The notes under the pieces: model-generated | What the model saw: the letters and a program-made list of their open reading frames with translations, nothing else | What the model was told of the DNA's origin: nothing | The model's database searches: none | Assembly: GCA_020536535.1 (NCBI GenBank) | Contig: JAHLWZ010000644.1 | Location: 17,917 to 81,916, forward strand | DNA length: 64,000 bases | Origin: Pelomyxa schiedti | Lineage: Eukaryota > Protista > Evosea | Direction: 5' to 3' | Part shown: positions 50,219 through 61,528 of the stretch, piece after piece | Layout of the letters: each line of letters starts with the position of its first letter | Position numbering within the stretch: position 1 is the first letter of the stretch | Program-made: the position numbers and the translations under genes

Positions 50219-53200
50219 TCACAAGGATTTGACATTGACCACACCAATGCGGGCACTTGGGTCCGTGGTATTGAGAAGAACAGTTGTTCGTCCAAGAGTT
50301 ACTTGGTCTGAGCGGCCAAAGGCTGCAAAAACAACCACTGTAGCAGCAACAACAATGCTGTTTTGTGGGTTATGTTAGGTTGGAATTGTTTGTATAGGTG
50401 GAGGGGAGAGTGTTACCTTGGAGTGGCTGCGTGGTACAGCCTGGTCTCAATGGTGTAGTTGCCGGGTTGGGCATTCTTAATCTATTATAACCGGTTAGTG
50501 AATTGTGGTGGGAGTCAAAGAGCAGCGCACCATCCACTCAACTGGACCATAACCCTGTGTGAAGTTTCTGGACATGATTCCTGTTTTGGGGTTGGTATAG
50601 CATTTAGGAGATTTTTTTGTTTTTGAACGCACCACCAGATTTAGTATGGTTGCTGAAGGAGTTGCACCGTTCTCCTGATGGATCAGTGACAATTAACTCC
50701 ACGTCTTTATTTACCAAACTCAGCTAAACCAGAATTGCTCAGGGAAGGGAAACCTGTCATATCGGTATCCCATGTTAATACACAGCGCAAGTCTACATCC
50801 ACGGGAGCGATCATACGTGAATCTAAGTTAGCACGTATGCTGGCCATTAACCTAAAGGAGATGAGTATTTGAGGTGCATGACGCTGTAACATACCCTTTA
50901 GACTCGGCTTGTTGAACAATGGCATTCAGTTCCTGTTAATAACATCAAAGGAAAATAAAGGAATAGCACAACTTACCATGAGGGAAACAAGTTCAATTTG
51001 CTCAAATCGGAGATCCCATTTACCATCTACGACTTTCACCAATAATTCTATTGCCCGTTTGAGAGACTCTTTTTGGATCACATGAGATCAGATTTAATGA
51101 TGAAGGAAAAACCTGTGTCGCCTTGTTCTGCAACAACTAATGCTAGGTCACGATGTGACTAGATAGGTATAAATATCTTGCTTCATTCAATGTAAAATCA
51201 AGTTACCTGGGGCTCCTCCCCGCGGAGTTGGAGTGCTTTTTCCAATAAAAACTTTGCTACTCTGGAAAGTGTGTGAGAAATTCGTTGTTGGTTTGCCAAC
51301 TACCTAAGTTCGTCGCGTTGAATTAAAATTGAGCACAGACTTCGTAACATTGATATATCATCAAGCTTGAGCTCAGCCAGGTTGCTTAGAATTCTTGAAA
51401 AGGTTAGTTAAGTGAGTTTATGGTAATGAAATACCTTAGAGAAGATGTTGTCACCACCTTGGCTACCTGAAGGAAAAAGGCCGCATTTGTTCCAAGGGAA
51501 GGATCACTTTTAATGGCTGCCAGGAACGCTTTGTAAGCTAAAAATGAAAGTTACAACCACAGGAAAAAATTTTCATGACTCACGATCTGCTGAGGTCCTG
51601 ATTGGGTTTACGAGGGGCTTGAACATTGTAAGAATGTTTTCAGTGGGTGGTGCTGGTGTAAACAGAAATCGTGGATGCTGAGTTGGGGGCTTCACGAGCT
51701 TTTCGGTAGGTGCTTTTGATAATAGTTCTTCTGCACGCCTCATAAGCTCTTCCCTCCTTAATGCCTTTTCTTCTTCCAATCTGGCTTTGGCCTCTTGTTC
51801 TCGTCTTACTCTCTCCCTCTCGGCCTTTATTCTTTCTTCCCGCTCTCTTCTTTCTCTTTCCTCTCTCTCTTTCTGCAATCTTCGCCGACATTCCTCCTCA
51901 AGTCTTTCTGCTTCCCTCCTTCTTGCCTCTCTCTCTTCTTCCATTTTTCGCCTTGCTTCCTGCTCAGCTTTCTCTCTTTCTTCTTGTTGTCTTCTTTCTT
52001 CTTCTTGCCTCCTTTCTTCTTCCCGTCTCATTTCTTCTTCCTTCTCCCTCATTTCCCGCTCTTCATTCTCCTTTCTTTCTCTTTCCTCTCGTTCTCTGTC
52101 GTCAGATCTCGAATCCATCTTTCTCATCACAAATCTCGCCACTCCACCCCTACCCCTTGCTGCCACGTGTGCTACTTCCGCCCTCCTTTGGAGAGATAGT
52201 AGGGCTGGTTTTACTTCACAAATTTTTCTGTCTTCATCCCTCATTTGAACTGCTTTTTCTGCCTTTTTATATTCTACTGCTTTCTGCATCACTCTTCTCC
52301 TCATGATGAGGGTTTCTTCTGCTGAAACTTTAGGTTTTGCAGCTGGGGGTGGCGCCATCTTCTTGGCCGGTGCAAGGACTTGCCTTTCCGCTATTATTTG
52401 CACTTTCTCTATGTGCTTCATTTCAGCCTTCGCCATGGGCTTCATTGCTGCCTTGGCCTTGGGTTTCTCTTCCTCAGATTCCTCGGATACCTCCTCGTCC
52501 TCGTCCTCGTCGGCAAACGGATTAACACCACAACTGTCACATTCCTCAGCTTCTTCCATTATCTCCTCACATTTTGCTGCAGGTGAAGCTGATCGCTGAA
52601 TACGCCCTAAAGATACAGTTCCTGCCTCCGGTTCAGCCGCTAAGTCCAAGTTACCAGAGAAGTCACTCCACATAGAATCGTTCAGAGCTTGAGGTTCTGC
52701 AGACAAAGTGGATTTTGGTAGTTCCGCAACGAAACATATATTCAAAGCATCCAATGATTCCGTTGGAGGAGCCATGCACTCCGTGGGAGGGGGAAAGTCC
52801 ATAAAAGATGTTGTAACGGGGGGAGGAGGCATGTCGTCCATAGATAAGCTGTAACAAGCACGATCCATCGGGGGGGAAGAGGCAAAAGGATCCATGGGAG
52901 GTGGAGGAGGGGCAAAGGCAGCCATGGGAGGTGGAGGTGGGGCAAAGGCAGCCATGGGAGGTGGAGGTGGAGGTGGGGCATATGCATTCAGGGAAGGTGG
53001 GGCAGGAGAACCGAAAAGAGCCACAGGTGCAGGGGTTGGAGGAAACGATGAAAAAGAAACTGAGGAAGGTGAGAAGAAACATGCTGCACTGGAGGCAGTG
53101 GCAGTTGTAGCCATGGGTGGGAGAAAAGCTGGCAGCTGTGGAAGGGATTGTGGAGTGATTGAAGAACTTCTACTTTGAGACATGGGGGCAGATGGAGGTG

Positions 53201-56200
53201 CCATAGAAGGAGAATAAGGAGAATAAGCAGGGGAGGATGGAGGTGGAGGAGCCCTTGCTCGTGGCGCAGACGCAGGAGACGCAGGAGAATATGCAGGGGA
53301 AGCCGCCGCCAAGGAAAAGGAGGGCCTAGAGGGGGCTTCAGCTTTTTTCAGTGTCGAATTGGTCGATGTGCTTGTGGTTGTGATTGGTGTCAATGAACTT
53401 GAACTGGCAGACCAGGATGGCTTCAGTTGCTGCTGTTGCTGTTGCTGGTGCATGACCTGCTGCTGTATTTGCTGCTGCATCTGCTGCTGTTGTTGCTGCT
53501 GCATCTGCTGCATCTCCTGCTGTTGCGGTTGTTGTGGTTGCATTGATGCTAAGACACGGGATGGTCGCTCAAACGGCGACTGGAGATTCAAAATACCACG
53601 CTTGCTTTGTGCTTCATCTCCAATATAACTGGGTATCGTTATGAAAACGAAGTTTGCATTTATGTGATACATACGCATCCTTATTGCCCATTCCACACAT
53701 GACTTGTGTGTGTCGTGGCCTTCCTACAAGTGACTGGGAGTTGTGTTAAACTTACGAAAGGGCATTGAGAGGGTACTGGAAATACAGCCCTGGGTGCATC
53801 GTCACCCGCAAAACCTGCTTTAGTGTATCCCATTCCAACATCTACCATCATTTCAATACTACTTCATAACTTTAACACTTGTACCTAGTACCACAGTTTG
53901 TATATCATCAACTTGGCTAACTTCGCCAGAAGCAGCTCCTAAAAGGTCGGCAATATCTCTTTTCTTCTTCTTCTTTTTCTCTCCCTTTGCGTAGCTTTCT
54001 TTTCGTTCACATTCCTCTTCCGCTCTTTCCCTCACACGCTCTTCCGCTCTTGCCCGTTCACGCTCTTCTGCTCTTGCCCGTTCAATTTCCTCTGCTATTC
54101 TTTCTTGCTCTCGTCTTTGTGCTTCTTGTTCCTTGGTGATAAAGTTCAGTAGATCATTGGGAAATTAGTTGTTGTTTGTTCAGTGTAACCATTCTCTCGC
54201 GTTCTGCTTCGGCAATACATTCATCATCATTGTGGAGTTTAGCTGCATCTTTATCAAGCAAAAGGAAGTGTCTGACAGGTGGCTGTGTGTGCGTGCCGTC
54301 GTAAGTTGTGTTCCACCAAAATAAGCGTCTTTTCCACATTTGGACAACACGCTGAGCTTTCATTGCCTTCTTTTGGTCTTCTTCTGCCTGTGTATTTTAA
54401 AACAAGCTGGAGTTGACCAATTGAGAACCTTTTGAAGGGCTATTCTTTTGAAATATTCGTGACGGATACTGGGAAGGCTTTCAGGTGGTTCAATCTGATT
54501 CTTCAGAAACTTTTTTTTTTTAGAAGTGATGAACTAAAGATGTTACAAAACAAACTTGTTCTAATGTCTCTAAGACAATCAGAGATGCATTTGGTGTAAC
54601 AAATCTAACACACTTTTAGTGAAAGTAAAGTAACAACAACTCATACTTGAATTTTCGTGCAAGTTTTAATATTAGCTCACTGTTTTTATCTGCATCATCG
54701 TAGGTTGTCAGCTCTTCAACTTGCTGTTGTGCCCAGTATCGGCCCACTACCGGGAAAATTAAACTTTGACAAAAAATAATGAAGAGCTTACACAGTGATC
54801 CAGTTGATTCTGGAGCTGATCGTGGAATAATGTATTCTCTCGAAAACTGTATGTCAGCTGTAGGAGCAGAAAAGTGGAATGTGATAATTTCTTGTAGGAT
54901 TGTGAACAATTCAATTTTTGAGTGGTACTTTATGAGGTACCATCTTGTGTTGTGGCAGTGATTTTGCCTGTCACTCGGAATGGGGTACCCACAGCTCGTG
55001 GAGTAGCAGGGAAAAGGTTTCCTACTCTCCTTCCAGCAATGTCTGTTGCATGAGTAAAATACACTTGGGGTGTTTGTATTTGCTGTAAAACGTCTCCCCT
55101 TAACAGAAATACCTCAGTAATGGATTGAAAGGGGAGTACAAACTTGAATGTACTTAGATTGAAGAAAGCACCCCCACTTTTGGCGGAAATTTTCTGCAGT
55201 ACTTATTAGCGTCCTTTGGTACGTGTAATATGGTGTGGACATACTTTGAGATAAGAAAAATCAGCCTTAGTTGCAGAGCAAACAGTGAAAATCGGGGTAG
55301 GAAAGTCAAATCTGTCCTCCACCTGCATTGGTTTGCTTAAAGTATCGGAAATGCCATTATTACCATTGTGCACCAAGAAGAAAAGCCATCCGATAACAAA
55401 ACAGCCACTGTAGACTGAGTTGGTGTGGCGCACACATGATCAATAGCAACGCTGAGGTTTGTCGCGCCGTCATAAATAGAGTTACCATTGATGAAATTAA
55501 CAATTTTCTCTGATTCTGAGGCCTGCTCTATTTAGTGATGTGTACATAAACTCAGGATACATACCATAAAGCTTGCCTCATTAATTATTGCTTCAGAGAA
55601 AATCACTACACTGACTGGAGTCCTGCCCAAAACACTCAATGATTTGATGAAATCAAATTCTCTGACAAAAGGTGCGTTTTAGTCACAATCAGACACTCAT
55701 GTGAGATACAGTTTTTTATCGAAGTCCGCGCGGGAGCGAGAGGAATCCCAGAGCAGCACCCATTTTTTGAAAGTCACCTTGTCAGTGCGAATTCCACCGA
55801 AGTTGCTCAAATCTGCCATCTCTTGGACACACCAAAACACAGAATCTTCTTCTCCGGAGAGGGAGTTAGACTGAGCACCAGTAAGGACAGTGACTTGCGA
55901 GCTTTCTGAGCACTGTGGGATGCCATCTATGAACGTACGCCCTGATAGAGAGGTATTGTGCAATTCAAATTCAAAAGACCATTCACTTGTTGCAGCAGTA
56001 TTGGCAGAAGGTAATAGGCGCATTTGTTGTGAGGAAACCAAGTTGTGAAGTGTAATCACTGGCGACTTAGAACTGCTTGCAGCCATTACCGTTGCCTGGG
56101 GCAGTGTAAATAAATAAATAAAAAAAAAAGGTACCTATACAGGAAAAGTACCTTGAAACGGTATGCGTGAAGTGTTGCATCGACTGATAAGGGAAAAGTA

Positions 56201-56749
56201 TAGGATGCAGTGTTATCGTTGACAAGCAAATCTTGGGTGAAGGACACTTTAACAACGCGGGTGGCACCCACTAAAAACGGGAAGACCCTCACTCGAAACA
56301 CATTCCCGGAAACCTGCTCTGCAATTGCAACACCACGTTTCTCCCTTACCTAGAGCCAATATCATATTAGAGTTTTGATAATAACGACTTTGTTGGGAAT
56401 AACCTCCGCTTCGAATGTAGCTCTTGCCTTCTCCTTTTCAACAACGACAGCATCAACAAGTTCCCCTTTATTTGTATTAATGGAAGAAAGGGAAGAGAGG
56501 AAAGAACAAAGCAGAAGAACCAACAGGCAAACCATTAACATCCACAGCATAAGAGCAGACTGTGCTGTTGTCAGGGAGGGGAAACACCAGCTCGCACTCC
56601 ATCTCCTTGGGCCCTTCGTCCGTCTCCCTCGTGAACGACGCCACAACCGTCGTTTCGCTCACAAACGAAGCGACGCTCAGGCTCACGTCCACCGTCCGAG
56701 GCCAGAACTTGGCCCCGCTGCCGCCTTTCTCCTCCATCACCAACGCCAT
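50219..56749 (-). CDS. VIT - vWA-like - [actin fragment / polyQ / poly-Pro / ER-K helix insert] - TPR - YfaP(DUF2135) protein
   Basis: VIT: ECELVFPLPDNSTVCSYAVDVNGELVDAVVVEKEKARATFE. vWA-like: LLWDSSRS, YDGATNL, LVTPNASLIVLE. TPR: RGEEPQSHRDLAL. YfaP-like: DLRCVLTWDTDMTDVELIVTDPSGE, SRNFTQGYGPVE. Confidence 0.8.
53562..53910 (-). other. Actin N-terminal segment embedded in frame in the VIT gene
   Basis: [70 protein letters not shown] after removing introns 53842-53884, 53734-53776 and 53629-53674. Confidence 0.9.
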
Positions 56750-57061
56750 CTTAGGTTATATTATGGGTTTGCTTGTTTGTTGTTGGTACTGGACTCTGTG
56801 CTTTGTGTTTTTTTTTTTCTTTTTTTAAGGGGATCGTCCTTTGTTGGGTTGTCGGTTTTATTTTTTCTTTTTTGGCTTTTCTCCCTTGTGAAAAACGGTT
56901 AAATTTCAACAAGGCTTACTTCTGCCTCTGGAGTAGAGGTCGCTTTACTTCAACATTCATGGAGTTTCTTCCAAGCCAAAAAACTGATGGGCCTTGACAT
57001 GTCAAGAACTCCATCGTGCAAATAGTTGGTTTTATGCAAATGTGTAGTGATACAATGTGTG

Positions 57062-58591
57062 TTAGGATGCACCAGGAATTTCTTGCTGTATGTATTGCCG
57101 AAGACCTTGGGGTGCACCTTGTGCAAGGAATTTGAGGTTCGCTGCGGCCATGTCATAGGTTTCTTTCCACTTGGCATAGTGTGGGACTGCACATTGATGG
57201 GGCAGACTGCGGCCTGCCACTCCTTGTGTTGCTACACTTCGTGGATTAAGCCACCAGTTGGTGAAGTGAACAACTTTCACCTGTTGGTTGTTGTTATTAA
57301 CACAAAGCAGATGGAGAAATGCACCAACCTGCGTAATGTCATAGTAGGGTACACCACGATGAAAACAGTCACACCGCCAGACAAAAGCTGCATACAGCTC
57401 TGGTAATGTTTGTATACCAAAATCTTTCTGTGAACCAAAAAATACTTCCATAACTTCTTGGTCACCCTGCTTAATAACTGTAGTGTCTAGGATACCGATC
57501 ATTCGCTTGTGCCATTCTCTGTTGTTTCCCATTATACTTTGCTTTTCCGAAGAAAAGGTGCAAACCTGTTTGGTATTGTAGAGAATAGACCACTGTTGAT
57601 TGCCATTGGCCTAATGTTGCATTCATCATTATTCATCATTGAAACGAATCTGGTGGTGTTAGGAACAAGCTGACAGAGATTGAGTTACAAACGGTAATCT
57701 CACATCAAATAGATCATCTATATTCGCAGTAATGCTCATATCGGCATCCAAGTACACAACTCTATCAAAACGGTCTTGCAGATTCCAGACTTCAAGTTTG
57801 CTAAGCAGTGATTTCCAATGTCCGGCATTTGGAATATAATTTCGGTGTGATGGTGAGTCGGGAATGTCTAGAGCCGTGATGTGAGTATTTCAATGGGAAT
57901 TTATGTTTGGTTGGGTTCAAATTTACCAATTACAGTGATATTGAGTAAAGTCATAACAGACCGAAAATGTTGCCCTACGGAAGGCGTGCACAGTATTACT
58001 CTTTGACGAAGTGTTTTGGAATTCACAAGTCCCTTAGATCTAATTAGAAATGGTACATAGGTTTTTTTTTGGAATACCTGGTTGACAGTGAGAATCCCAA
58101 GAAGCGGGAAGTCGTTTGTTGCTACAAATACATAACTCTGGCGGGAGTATGGATTGGTGGGTGGCTTTTGCGTTGGCGTCGGAGTCACTTCAACTGATGA
58201 GACCGTTGCCTGTGTTTTGTCTGGTTGTGTGGTTTCCTGCTTCTCCTCAGGCTCTTTGGCATCTTCACCTTCGTTTCCATGATGAATAATGATCACCTGC
58301 TCCAGTTCCTCTGCCGGTAGCTTCTTACATTTACAAGTGAGTCGCTAGGAATGGGTCCATTCCTGGCCACAAAAACGTACTCTGGGATTCGAGTCCGGTG
58401 GCTTGACGTGCTCACGTCTAACATGTGCCTCATAACCCACAGAGTTCCCTAGCGCACAAGTGACTTAGGCAACAACAACACGGCACTAGCCTACCGCGAG
58501 TCCCACCAATGCCCCAAGTGCCGTACAAAACCAGCAACACCGCCACCGCCAAACACGCAATAAGCACGAACCGCACACGCGCGACGTTCAT
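57062..58591 (-). CDS. GT8 (glycogenin-like) type II membrane glycosyltransferase
   Basis: N-terminal TM, SYVFVATN, SKLEVWNLQDRFDRVVYLDADM (DxD), GDQEVM, VVHFT. Confidence 0.8.
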
Positions 58592-58702
58592 CTCTACACC
58601 CCCAGTTTGTTTTTTTTGTTTTGATTTTCCCACGTTGTTTTTTGTCCACTCACCGGCGCAGGGAAATGCTGCCATCAGACTTCGTTTTTTGGCAGAAAAC
58701 GG

Positions 58703-59888
58703 ATGGCCGCCGAAACGGACGACGTGTGAGTGACGGCGGCTACTTTGGCGTGTGTGTTTTAACTCGACATTTAGTGATTGCCTGATGAGGCTGTTGATGG
58801 TTGGAGATTTTAATGTCGGGAAGAGTATGGCCTCTGAGAGTCTTGTTTTTTTTTTGTTTTTTTTTTTTGTCTTTGCTTCCCGACGTTTTATGGGTAACGT
58901 GGATAGCGTCTTTGTTGGTCAGATTCACTGTAAGTGAAATGGGATACTTCCCTTAGTTCTCATGTTCGTTTTGGCTTTCTAGGAGGACACATTTGATTCC
59001 GAGGCACACACAATTGGACTGGATTTTGTAATGTTCGATAAACCAACTGCATTATGACCTTGGATATTGTAGAGAGTTCGTACAGTGCGATTAAATTCGC
59101 TCACTGTGAAACTGCAACTTGTCTGTGCACAAAATCTATCTATATCTTTTCCTTTATGTGACATTTATGTAGTGGGACACACTTGGAGTGGAAAAGTATC
59201 TTATGCTCTTCAATCATAAACACTACTTATACTATACAGATTCCAGGCAATCACAAAATCCCGTACTTTCTTTTCCCCACCTATTAATATCCATTTCATT
59301 AACAAAGCAAAAGGCTACAGAAATTCCCATGGAATTTTTTTTGTTTAGTGAGTACTCTAAGCATAACACATAACGCGAGACAATGGCAGGTGTTGCTAAC
59401 TTTGCTTTCAGTGATATCGCATCAGAATGCACCTTTCAGAACTGCAGGTACTGGTTCAATCAAGTTGAAGAATCTGGAACCGAAAGCTGTAAAATGTTGA
59501 TCGGAAACAAAGAATGTCCTCCAGTCCCTCCAATATTCCTCACGCATACACCAACAACAACAACAGTGTGACCTGGAGTCCTTGCGAAGTGTTTCCACTG
59601 ATCAAGGCAGAGAACTTGCTTCACACCTTGAAATTCCCTTTCAGTACCGAGAATATTACCTTCATTCCTCTCTCAGCCCACTCTAACCAAGCAATCTTCA
59701 GGGAGACTTCCGCAAAGTACAGCAACACCAACGTGGAAACAGCCATCCTCCAAATGGTGCAGCATGTGCTTGATCACCACCCGCACCCTGAACATTTCTT
59801 TCACAGGCTGAACAACACCCAAGGCGGAATAGAAGTGCCACTTCAACAGGCCCCACAACCCACCACCACCAACACCCTCTGCTGTTGA
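58703..59888 (+). CDS. Divergent Rab-like GTPase
   Basis: LLMVGDFNVGKS, TIGLDF, WDTLGVE, GNKCDL, ETSAK, C-terminal CC. Confidence 0.8.
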
Positions 59889-59914
59889 ACTCTTTCATTG
59901 ATAATAACAGAAAG

Positions 59915-60530
59915 TCAAGAGTTGTGTGGAAGTCCTAAGTTCTTGTTCCTTTGCTCAAACTCCAACAAACATGAATGCTTGGAGGAGGCATCAACACAGA
60001 AACACAACAACTTTTCATTCTCTTTGGAGAGTTGAAGACACCTAACCCTAGCGTCATTCCTCTCTGTAGTAGCGACATTCAAACGATTGGCAAGTTCCCA
60101 CTTGTCAGCTGCTATCTTTTCGTTTTCTTCCTTCGCAAGCTTCAGTTGCTCATTGACGGAATCCAGAGTCACCCTTAACTGGTGCTCCGAGTCCTCCTTT
60201 GCCGCCTGCAGCTGTTTCTCCAGAGTCTCCCTCATGGCATTCTCCTTGGCTTGGGTGGAATCCCTCTCCACTGCCAATTTGCTGACTTGTTCCTGAGACA
60301 TTGACAGCTCCAGCTGAAACTCGGAGGCTCGTTTCTCTGCATTGAGTCGTTGGCCTTCGCGGCCTCGCCCCTCTCCTTGAGTGTAACGTCCAGTATCTGC
60401 CTCGTGTATTGAGCTTGAATGCAACACGGACCTTTTGTGAGTTTTTTGTAGTATGGTGGCAGTGTGTGTGCCGAGGTAGATTGGGTTGGGATAGTGACCA
60501 CCACACTGTGAGGTGTGCTGGGGTGTCGAT
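59915..60530 (-). CDS. Coiled-coil hypothetical protein (possibly degenerate multicopy-family member)
   Basis: E/K/Q/L-rich heptad ORF 59915-60427; its 5' part resembles 60933-61008 on the opposite strand. Confidence 0.4.
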
Positions 60531-61528
60531 GGTTGTTGTTTTACTTGTGTAGTAAGGGAGAAAGAAGCCCGAATACAAACACAAGAGTTTATTGTTTATT
60601 ACTTTAGCTTTTGCTTGCTATAACTACGATGGTGTTGTTCCCGCCTTATAAAGGCGCTAGAATCAGTTCTAGGTGTTCTCCCTCAGGGTCCCAACAGATT
60701 CGCGGTAGTTTTCCCAGAAATCCATCAGTGATTAGAACCGTACTTAGAACTACAGCGACGCGAAGTCACCTCGCCACAGTGTGTGTTCTTCCATTTCCTC
60801 TTTAGGTCTACGTCCATCTTGGAGTCAATTCCACACACATCGTCCGGGTCCTTAGTGTCATCAACGACCCGGACGATGTGCGTGGAATCGACTCAAGATG
60901 GACGTAGACTTAAAGAGGAAATGGAAGAACGCGCACTGCCACTACTACAAAAAACTCACAAACGTCTGTGTTGCATTCAAGCTCCGCAACACCAGACAAC
61001 TGTGGCACTCCAGAATCATTTTGGTGGGCCATAGACGCTTAGAAAAGAAAGATGAAAAGAAAAGAGGAATTGGGATTTTACGTGCCTAGTTTTCAGACAC
61101 CATTTAATTAACGTTAATACGCCACATAAATCTTGGGAAAAAGGGGTTTATAAGGAATGGACGCAGGGGAATGGTGTCAAAGGGCTGACGTAATGACAGG
61201 TGACAAACGGGCTTAGATTTTCTATCCAAATATTTGGCTCACCTCGCCACAACAACCACATTTTTTTTTCAAATTGAAATCTGACACTCTAGATCTTGGA
61301 GATCTTCTGAGCTCCTCATCCGGGCACAGGAGGAGGGCAAGACTGTGTGCAGTTTTCCTGGAGTTCTCACGCGCCAGTGCCCCCTCAGTTTCAGACCACA
61401 GTAACACACACTAAGAAATTCTCTACAAAACCCTCTGACGATTTCTCTCCGTTGTGTCCCCAGGCAAGTCAATGTTTGGTGCAGTTTTGGCAAGAAAGCT
61501 CTGTTTTGTCAAGATTCGGTAGTGCGAT

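Noticed and set aside
51761-52599. Long plus-strand Ser/Leu/Phe-rich ORFs (also 44493-44914 and 47141-47616)
   Set aside because: Antisense shadows of low-complexity E/R/K-rich or GC-rich coding exons.
53562-53910. A separate actin gene or actin pseudogene
   Set aside because: Only the first 72 or so residues are present, with no own start or stop, and they are in frame with the host gene on both sides.
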